Assembly: GCA_051294375.1 (NCBI GenBank)
Contig: CM119268.1
Span: 2,725,292-2,789,291 of the forward strand
Source: Paraspadella gotoi
Lineage: Eukaryota; Animalia; Chaetognatha
Reading direction: 5' to 3'
DNA: 64,000 nucleotides
The position numbers were made by a program, and so were the translations under genes. The notes beneath the pieces were generated by a model. It was not told the DNA's origin. It made no database searches and saw only the letters and a list, made by a program, of their open reading frames with translations. This document shows positions 1 to 10,270 of this stretch, piece by piece. Numbering within the stretch: position 1 is the first letter of the stretch; each line of letters opens with the position of its first letter.

Positions 1-196
1 GAGAGAGAGAGAGAGAGAGAGAGGTGGGAATATTATTTAAGCTTCGAGCGCCGAAAATGTCGGCGAATGACATTTGCCTTTCGATTTCGCTCCCGTCGTA
101 AATTCGGCGAAATGTTTGTTCCATGAAATTCGTGAAGGATGATTTTTTTTTCCTTTGGGTGAAAGTGACCGACGAGAGTGAGATTGAGAAGATCAC

Positions 197-222
197 TGAT
201 TGGATCACCGGTGATCCAATCA
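197..222. promoter_or_regulatory. Perfect 26-bp palindrome containing two inverted CCAAT boxes
   Basis: TGATTGGATCACCGGTGATCCAATCA equals its own reverse complement; function inferred only. Confidence 0.35.
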
Positions 223-1393
223 CAATGTCAAGAGCGAGTAAGGATCTTGCGTCGCATTCAAATCCTCCGTGAATTATGTTGTGACGTTCATTTCCTTTTC
301 TTTTTTTCACACGACTTTTTCTCTTCCTCTCTGTCTCTATCTCTCACTTTTTCTCCTTTGAATCTTTACGTCTCTCTCTCTCTCTCTCATCTCCCATCCC
401 CCCTTCGACCTCTATTCCCTTTTGTCCCCTGACGAATGTCTTCCTATGATTCTCCACAATTCGTTTTTCTGTCATCGAAACTCGATCGACATTTGTCAGT
501 CATTTGTCAGCCGTTGAATCTCAGACGACAACTATCTGTCACCCGATCAAGAAAGAGGCGTTATCTGTCGGCGAGATCGCGGACTCATCTGTCACAGAGT
601 CTGTCACAAAGTCTTCCCTTCATGACTCTCATTCATCACAAAGTTGTTTGAGGCGTTTTTTATCGCAGTAAGTTCCTTACTCAGGTTTTACGTTTCCGTA
701 ATTCAAAATATTTAAATAGTGAAATAAACTTTTAAAAACTGGAATTAATTAAGGCATCTAAATAAAATTGTGCTTGACAAACCCGTTTTCTCACTAAAGG
801 AGGAAGCACGTGCAGCGGCCGCAGGCTCCGATTTCCGGTCAATGAAACTCACTTTCCATTCGAATCACTAGCACCCCTTTCCTCCCCCTCTTTCGAACTT
901 ACATATCATTCAAAGGTTTAAGACTCGAAAGAAAAAAAAAGAACCTTTTTCGATTTCTCAACTTTTTTTTCGACTTGAAGAATTTTTTTTTTTTTTCGAG
1001 ATGGAATTTCATCTGACCCTTTGATCTCCGGTGAAAGGGGCGACGTTCCATCCGGCCCTTGCCCCCTTCCCGTTCAGTCCTGCCCTACTCGCCATGCGAT
1101 CCTTCACATCACCCAAAAGCATAAATGGTCGTGACTCTATCCCGTCTCACTTACCCGCTCCAACTGAACCTTGGACTTGAAACGGAAATTATAATTCTCC
1201 CGAAAAGAAAAAAATCATTTTCTTTTTTTTCCATCATTTTTCAGAGATTTTTTTTCTTCAGACCGATTTTCCTTTTTTGACCAATTCCTCTATTCTATAA
1301 ACATTTTTCCCTACTTTTCAAATAGTATAAAAATCCAATCATTTTGCCAAACACTACGACTTTCTTAGATTTGCTATCTTTTCTCTCTCTCTC

Positions 1394-1434
<41 letters not shown>

Positions 1435-3614
1435 TCTTCTCTCTCTCTCCTGATCTACCGTACGTTCTTTACTCTATTGTTGTCTATATTTTTTTTCTCT
1501 TCGCTACTATTTTCGTATTTCGACCCCAAATCTTGTCCCTTTCCTTTCCTCTCTCCCTGACCTCCCTTCCTTTTTCCCTGACCTCCCTTCTTTTTCCCTC
1601 CTCTCTTTCTCCTTCATTTTTTAAGCAAACTCCGTTGCTCTTTCTCTGAATGACCCTAAAAAAAAATTTACGCAGGAGATACTTCTCTATCTGAGAGACA
1701 CGCAAACGAGAGAGAAGAGAGAGAGGAGAGAGAGAGAGAGAGAGAAAATCAAAAATATTCCAAATCAATTTCCATATTTCTTTTCATTCCCGTTTTATTA
1801 TTTTTTTCTTATTCATTTTTATCTTCCGCCCCCCCCTCTCCCTTCGTTTCGTTATAACATGAACGATTCTTTATTTTCATTCGATATCTGATTTAATGTT
1901 TTATTTTTGATCTTCTAACTTCCAACTCTTAAATCGACTCTCTCTCATTCTCTACTCCTCAAATGAGAGGTCCGTGTGTATATGAGCTTTTCTATGTTTT
2001 ATTTATGATGATTTTAAAATATATTCATGAATGAATCTTAACACCTAACGCAAAGCTCAGGCCACTTTGTCTACAACTACATTTCAAATTTAATTTATGT
2101 ATACTAGAATACGTAGAATATTAACACATTCTAAAAAAATGATTTCCAAAGTCGCCCCTCTAATGGTTTCTCGTTAATTCTCTCGCCAAATCAGAGTCCA
2201 ATGTCCTATTGTCCATCTCTCGCTCCGTTTCTCCTTTTCATCTCAATTTTGTTTATTAGGGAAAATAATTGACAGAGGGAGAAATAAAAAAAAATCTTTG
2301 CTCAGATTTCCTTTTTTTTCCATGAAACGATATCTTCCCCGAGTAAACAGGCTTCCGGCTTTTTTATTGACAAAATCCGATAAATATTGATTTTTTTTCT
2401 TTTTATCTCGTTTCCACTTTTTTTTGAAGGATTTATGCGCGGAGGAAGCGTCGCTTAGCGTAAACAGCCGTCTTGATACGCAATGATGGTGCGCCATCGA
2501 TTGGCGTTTGTGAGCCATTTTGAAATCAACTGAAAGTAAGGTAAGTTTCAATCGTCACAACTTCGACTTCCGTGACACAATCGTGCTTACTCACACTTAA
2601 TTTTAAAGTTTGCTTATTAAGAATTACCATAATTTATGTCCAGCTACGAATAGAAACAATTAACAGAATAAACAGAGAACAACACATGAATATATCAGCC
2701 CTCACATTTGACAAGTGCTCTTAAGATCTAAGCAAGTTTACAACTTCATAAACACTTTGAATTCAAAATTGGCTCAGATGTGGGTGACTTTTAAAGGTCT
2801 CTCCACTGGTTAATGATTCGATAATATCCGTACAAGTTAACCCTTATTCTGATCGTCTATATATTTTTTTCTAAATATCCCTTGCAAAATATTATCTGAT
2901 TTTTCACTCCCCTCTGTAGCGCGTCAGAATTTCATCCGGTTTTCGGTCCTCTTGATTGCATCGGGTCTTTCATCCGACATCGGGGTCAAAGGAAAAAAAA
3001 AGTTCGCTCTCAAAAAGCGATTTTCAGAGTTTGAATCCTTAAAAGTGGGACGATAAAGAAATTTCGGAGCACGATGTGGGGGAAGGGGCGGGAAAGTGGG
3101 TGAGCAGTTGCTGAATGGATGATCGAGAAATGGGGGGGGAGAAAAAAATTGGAGGAAAAAGAATGTGTAGGTTTATACAAAAAGTAAATAAGCTTATAAA
3201 AAGGGGAAAAAAGAAAATAAAGAAAGAAGAATATATGAAGGTAGAAGTTAACATCTTAAAGAATAGAGGTGAAGAGAAAAGAAAAAAAGAAGGAAAGGAA
3301 AAAAAGGAATCGAGGAAGGAAAAAAATGTTTAATTCAAGTCTCGATATCTGCGAATCGAGAAGCGAAAAATTCATGCAGCGATGTCATCCTTTCTTTACT
3401 TTTAAAAGTCTTATTCCTTTTTAATCTTTTGATTCTTTCATATCATAATTTTTTTAAACAAGTTCATCTTGTAAATAATGTAAAAAAAAAATCTTTCTTA
3501 TCGATATCATCTTTCATGTTCTCAACTTCTTTCCTTTATCTTATCTCCTGGTGAGACGTTTATTAGTGTGGACCATTTTTGTATTTTTCTTCTACTTTTT
3601 TATCTTTATTTATA

Positions 3615-3880
3615 TCTAATACTGAGAGAATGGTCTTTTCCACAATTGAAACATTATTTGAAATATTAAACCACTTCCATGGATAGGGAACCAGTACTCT
3701 GGAGTGAATAAACGAGACTTTGAGAGAGTCTTGATTAAAATCTTGCAGGGACCTGCTGTGTCATTTCTTGTAAGGGTGATGGAGCCTTAAACCAACAAAG
3801 CCTGTCCAAAGTCAAGGCAAGATAACTTATTTATTAAATGAATGGATATTTTTATATTGGGTTTGTACCAATTTCTAGAA
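3615..3880 (+). mobile_element. Dispersed ~265-bp non-autonomous repeat, family A, copy 1
   Basis: Aligns by eye to the reverse complement of 38163-38430 (e.g. GAGTGAATAAACGAGAC, TTGCAGGGACCTGCT, GCCTGTCCAAAGTC, TTGTACCAATTT); partial copies elsewhere. Confidence 0.75.
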
Positions 3881-5439
3881 TATATATATTTATATATATA
3901 TCATCATATCATCTCAAAAATCATTTTTCATTCTCTTTTCTAATTTCCTTAACACCTCATCCTCTTTGCTAATCACCTCCACCTTTTTCCATCCTTCTTC
4001 ACCCACTCCTACCTACCAATCTTTTTCAGTTGTTGATGCTATTTTCTCACTGAATATTTTCTGATTTTCGCTTCCTTAAAAAAATGGGTTTGTCTCTGGA
4101 TTTTTGATGTGGTTTATTCCTGCGCTGCGGCGGACGGCGGTGGACGGCGGCCGGAACGGCGGAATCTTGAACGCGTCTTCAAAGCGTATCGCATCAAATT
4201 TTCATGGTGTTGGGGGAATCGGCATCGGCGTCTGCGGCGTCACACCTGATTGCTGACAGTGGATGCTGCAAAATCATTGATGCACGAACACTAGAGATTG
4301 ATCCAGGACGAAATTCAGTTTCTAACAACGATAAATTAATTGATAATTAATTAACTAAGTAATCAAATAAACACTTCCCCTGGTTTAAAAAATTCACTTT
4401 TTAAGATCTTTCTAATAATCAATCAGCAGCCTTGTGGCTACAGATTAGAGATTGAAATCCATTTCTCAACATTGATACAGTTTTTTCTTAGCTAATCTAT
4501 TCAAAGGGCGTCGTGGAACCTCACATTCAAAATTATATTTTAGAATCAAAACGCGAGCGCGACATCTCTTTCTCGATCACCGCCTTTAAATTCTCGCGCC
4601 TTTCTTCTTTCCGGCCCCATCTTTATTCTAACTCCGTCCTTTATTCAACCGCTGTCTCTTATTCGCCCGACAAAAAAAAAAATCAAGGATTATCTTCTTT
4701 TTTTTTCCTGAGGCGATAGCGACGATGGCGTCTTGCGGCGGCGGCGACGTCGGCGGCCGCGGCGGCGCCGGCGATTGCCAGAAATGGGGAGTCGGCGATG
4801 TCGAAGCGGCGTCAACGGCGTCAGAGGCATCAGCGGCGTCGGTCGAGCCGACCGGCGACGCCGAGATATTTTTTCAATTTTCGCTCGACTTTTACGGCTC
4901 TGGAGAAGCGGCGGCGGCTTCGGCGGCGGCGGGGCGTGGGCGCTTTTTTATGAGATTTTCAAACAAAGAAAACAAGTTTGGCCAGGGCGTCGCGCGTTGT
5001 TTTTGTTGGATGGATTTTTTGTTTACATAATTTTTTAACTCCGCTTTGGTCGCTTATTCTCGACTTCTCTCCCTTCCCTTTCTCTTTTTTCGACAATGCA
5101 ATATATAGGTCATATATATAATAAAAATAACTATTACTTGATCAGATGGGATCTAAATCATAGTTCCAGGAATTTCTAACCTCTCAGTGGTGCCTTTTTC
5201 CAGTTACTTTTCTTTTCTTTTTAACTGAACTGATTGAATCTCGACCGCAAAACATTTTTTCTCTTTTCTGTCCTTTTGTTCGCTTGAATTTTTTACGAAT
5301 CGATAAGAAAAAAAAAAAAAAACAGACTCCAAAAAAAAGGAGAAAAAAAAAATAAAGAGACATTCGTCTGTCAGACGCATCGATTCTAGTCCAACCTTTT
5401 TTCCTCTTCCTCTTCCTCTTCCTGTTACGGTAAACTTAC

Positions 5440-5503
5440 TCGACGCGTCACAAGGTTGACTCTCGTGTGACTTAGACCTGTGAACGAATAGACGGTCACT
5501 GAC
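5440..5503 (-). CDS. ksr: Candidate internal exon of a kinase suppressor of Ras (KSR)-like gene containing the 14-3-3 site
   Basis: Minus strand ...ATGCAG|GTCAGT...TCGA|GTAAGT; 64 nt; VSDRLFVHRSKSHESQPCDAS resembles KSR1 TRSKSHESQL and KSR2 HRSKSHEFQL. No other KSR exon was recognised in the window. Confidence 0.45.
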
Positions 5504-5706
5504 CTGCATGGACGGTTAAAGGTCACCAAGCAGCAATTATTCGATGTACAGCAGGTGAATGCGTCTTTAGTTCTGTACTACGTACACTACGTCTACAGGA
5601 ACAAGTTAAATAATTTTTTAAATATTCTTAAAAGATTTTGAACAAGTTCCGTAAAGAACATGGCCATTGGCCATTGGCCATAGCATGTTGAATATTTGTT
5701 GAATAC

Positions 5707-5781
5707 CCTGTCCAAAGTCGGGCGCAAGATACTTTATTTTTTAAATAAATGGAGACTTTAATTGGTTGTACCTATTTCATT
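5707..5781 (+). mobile_element. Family A repeat 3' fragment
   Basis: CCTGTCCAAAGTC...GCAAGATA...AATGGA...GGTTGTACC matches 3801-3870; a similar fragment lies at 46293-46346. Confidence 0.55.
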
Positions 5782-7278
5782 CCAATTTTCGTCAATTCCT
5801 CTTTAAAATTAATGTAAGATTATTGTTCTTTAAATTTCATTCCAATTTCATAAAACGTCAGCAGATTTTTATTGGTTCTTATTTAATTTTCTTCTATAAT
5901 ATTCTACTTTTTTGGCACTTTTTTCGGCCACTATTTAATTTACCTTCTAAAGATTCTCACTTGTTTCACTCAAATCAATTCATCCTCTTTTTTACCTCAC
6001 TTATTTTTTATACATCCCTCAAAAATTATTCAACTCAAAACTAGCATTTCCACTCTGATTATACCATTTAATTTCTTTATTCACCTTCTCCAACTCCTAT
6101 TATAATCCAACCACTCCTTCAACTGCTTCTTCCACTCCTGACCCTTCTTTTACCAAAAAAGACGCCTCAGCATTTGCCCATTTTTCCAAACGAGGACATC
6201 AAAGTCCGCTACCGATTTTCTCATAACTGTAACAAATTTATTCTGGGAAAACGTTACAATTTTCTTTCTGAGAATAAATAAAATCCTGAGGTCCGGGTCG
6301 AAACCTTTTTCTCTTCTCTCTCTCTCTTCTCTCTCTCTCCCTCTCCTCTCTCTCTCTCTCTCTCTTCCCCTGCGCTTTTTGTCTTTTTTTGTGCTTCTCT
6401 AGAAATTGGAATGGATTTGAGTTTTTGAAGGACATGAGAAATTGTCCATATAACCTTGGGAGGAAATTCTCCTTCTTGCCGTAAAAAACCGTGACTGACA
6501 GAATGAAAGTTATTGTACACATATAAAGTCTTATACACGTGTATATTAGAAGTTGGTCATTTTTGCAGCGAAAGTTCACCAATATTTTGTATAATCAACT
6601 TCCGATTCATAGTTTTATCTTACAAAGCTTAACCTTATCCCAATGCTGCTAAAAAGATACGTTCAGTGATTAAAAAAGATTTAAAAAATGAATATCAAAC
6701 TCGTGATGTCCCATAGCCGGCGCTTTGGTCCTATGAATGTCGATGCTACAACTCTAATCCGATATGGAACAAAAACTTTTTTTTTTCGAACGAAACCGTT
6801 GTTGTTGCCGAAAGGCACGCGCGTCGCACAAAAAAAAATGGACGAGAGACGTTCATCTTTCGCGGACGCGGTTTCGGCTTTTTGACCTTCGGGTTTTTCG
6901 TCGGCTTCTAAAAAAAAAGATAAAAAAAAAAAAAATACAAGTCGGCCTCGATATAACTAATAGACGGAAACATTTTTTTGTTTTCCAGTTTCTGCTCTAT
7001 TTTTTTTCTGGGGGGGGCTGGGTTTTCGAGGTTTTTTTTGGTGTCTTTCGTTTTTAATTATTTTTTTTAGCCAGTTGAACTTACGTAAAAACATTCGAAG
7101 TGTTAAAAAAGCGGCTAAAAAGACGTCGAGATTAGATAATAGAATCATATAAAATTCTCTAATGGATAGAAAACCTTTTTTTTTATATTCCTTTTTTGAC
7201 TGAAGCGGTTATTAACCTTTTGTCTTTTTTTTTATTGCGACAAAAAAAAGTTGACTCGGTTTTAATGTCTTCATATTT

Positions 7279-7316
<38 letters not shown>

Positions 7317-7931
7317 CTCTATTCTCTCTCCCTTTTATCCAGAAAAAAAAAAATACAGCGCTCTTCTGTTTCTCTGTCGTCTTCCTCTCTCTTATCTTCC
7401 ATTTTGGCAACCCCATTCAATTTCGCCAATTTGGAGAGCGAGAGAAGAGATAGAACATTTTTTTTATATATAAGACTGAACGCGAAAATCTGAGAATTGG
7501 AAAACCTAATTTTTTTTTTTTCTCTCTCTCTTTCTCTCGCGCCATATTTCCTTCGTGGTTGCCGCCGCCGACGCGATAGCCTTTACACTGCCGGTACTGC
7601 CGGTGTCTCCGGTGCAGAGCCGCTTCACTTTAACCCTTTTTGCCTCGATTTCGCCTCGAAAATCTCTTTTCCCTTGAAGGCGTGATTTCAGTGGCACGAT
7701 CGCAAGGGGTTTAAGGAGGGGGTGAGTTGGGAAGGGGTATTGGGAACGAAACGGGGGACGGGGGACGCTCGCGACACGGAAATTGGAGGAAGGGGGAAAG
7801 GGGGGTGGCGAAACTCATCCCCTTTTTGGTTACGATGGATTTACTGGAAATCGACGGTGGAGGAAAATTGTTTCGAGTTGGCGGCTCGATGCGTTAATGG
7901 AAACTCTCTCTCGGTCCGGAGAGAGAGAGAG

Positions 7932-7992
<61 letters not shown>

Positions 7993-8424
7993 AAGGGTCA
8001 AAGGGCGATAAAATTCCGGCTTGGACTCGATTTTAATAAGCGTTAGAAAAATAGGGTTGGACGTTGAATTCCCCACTTATCAATCCACTCGTATCGCTGG
8101 TTCCTCGTCATCCATATCAAATTGAGCCCACAAAATTAACCCAAACAAACCACAGTCAACCATACAAAATGATATTGATATCACATTTGAGTTAAAGAAA
8201 GGATTTTTTCTCAAATTACCCGATCATTGGCATTCGATTGGTTCGTATAACTGGAAGTGGATTATGATATTTGAGTGAATTCTCGTTCTTTTTCAAAACG
8301 ACATACTGACAGAACTCTGTCGGATGCATCGAACCTGCTACGACTGCCGACTCCTGTACGAGTGCATCCTCCGCGCGAGGTCATCTTCTCCCCTTTATTT
8401 TTATGGTCAACTCTGCTGAGACAC

Positions 8425-8455
8425 TCACGTGATTCGACGTCACGCATCACGTGAT
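8425..8455. promoter_or_regulatory. Paired TCACGTGA E-boxes flanking a CRE-like GACGTCA
   Basis: TCACGTGA at 8425 and 8447, GACGTCA at 8436. Confidence 0.35.
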
Positions 8456-10205
8456 TCTCGTAAAAAAAACTTACCCTTTCACAAGCGATCCACTCCTCAC
8501 CTCACCAACTTTGTCTCTTACGCCACGCGGAATTTTTAGTAACACTGCCACTGTATTTTTTTAACCTCTCTCTAAGCGGACTCTACTCTTTTGAATTACC
8601 AACGCTTTCCCCTCTTGCATGCCCTTACCATCCCCACCCGATCCTATTCTCTTAATTCCCCTACCTACCTTCCTTCCCGAATCAACCCCATAACCTCCGA
8701 GCCCGAAATATAAAAAACTCTCTCGCCGAAAATTCCTTCGGAAAAAAAAAAAAAAAAGTCCCACTTTTTCCTTCGACTTTCGGGTGAACTTAAAGATCGG
8801 CGGCGCGGCGGCGGAGGCGGCTGCGCGCCAGTGACAAAAGCACGACCAGCGTCGGCGCCGCCTGGAAAAAAAAAGTAGATCTCGATTAAAACGTGGCTTG
8901 GATTCAGCGGTGATAATTTGGACGAGGTTTATAGGTGGGTAGAGTGAGCGGTCATTTTAAGCGTCTCTCACCGAAGATTGTGATATTTTCTCTTCTTTTT
9001 TTTTGATACGTTTTTTTTTTTGCCGCTGTCACTTCACTTTTATCTTCTCAAAAACTTTTCTTTTTTCCTTCCTTTTTCCAACTGAATTTGATACTTTATT
9101 TTTTCATGCTTTTATATATGAAGGGAAAAAATGAGATAACGCAGATAAATTCTTCGCGTCGACCACCGGGTTTTAAATAAAGGCGTGACCCGCGACGTGG
9201 GGTCAAAGGTGAGGACCGGGTGAGGTTAAGGAAGTGGAGTGAAGGGTGGATGTGAAGGTCTTCGACTTTGGAATCGGAAAGTAGAAGCAGTGGAGAAAAG
9301 GGAGAGCCTAAGAGGAATAAATAGGAAAGGAAGGGAGGGAAAATAGGGTTTAAAACTTTAAAGAGGGAAGAGGGATGTGAGTATGACTGAAGGAGATCTT
9401 AAATTACAAAGTAAAGAATCGAAGCGATAAAAGTAAAAAGGGGTAGGACTCACGCGAGAATCACCGAGGCCTTAAATAATGAGGAACAGAAAATAATCAC
9501 TCGAAAAATGCAATCCGGTCCGAAGAACGTTAGAACTTGTAGAAATCGGTCGCTTCGTTTTAATAATATATATTCCTTTCAAAATCAACAATTCATTTTC
9601 CTACCGATGAGAACTTAAAATGAAAAATCAACTGAACTTATAATTCTTTTAAATAATTCACTCATTATTATCTCTATCACAATCGCTTCGCCACTTGTTC
9701 TTTTCTCGCCGATCAGCCTTCGCTTCGCACGATCAGGTTAGAAGGTGACCGAGCGGCGATACTCTTCGGCCGGCGGAGGTTATCACCGAAGTCGCCGTGA
9801 AAAACAAGACTGTATTCAATGCTGATGCAAATGCAAGACTGTATTCGATGCCTGATTCCAAATGCAGTGACAGTCGTCGCTTACGAAGCCATATGCAGTG
9901 ACTGTTTTTTAATGTCGAGGAGTTTTTGATGCTGATGCAAAAGCCAATTGCCCGCACCAATATTCAAGGACAAATTAGAGGCGCGACAGACAAATGCCGT
10001 TCAAGACACGCCTTTTTCCTTCGATTAACGACGAAAACCGACGCACAATAATCACGTGACCCTAACATTAAATTGTGCATTTTAATCCCGTCTATCGCTC
10101 TTTAATTATTTATGCTTATACTTCGGACCCGAAGAATTGCGAAATTCGGGCGAAAATTGTGTGACACCAAGTGGGACCAGCTCTTGCCTTTCAATCCAAC
10201 TTGAA

Positions 10206-10270
<65 letters not shown>

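Noticed and set aside
4203-4266. Minus-strand terminal exon IHCQQSGVTPQTPMPIPPTP*
   Set aside because: Its phase is incompatible with the phase-1 donor of the KSR-like exon and it has no homology support.
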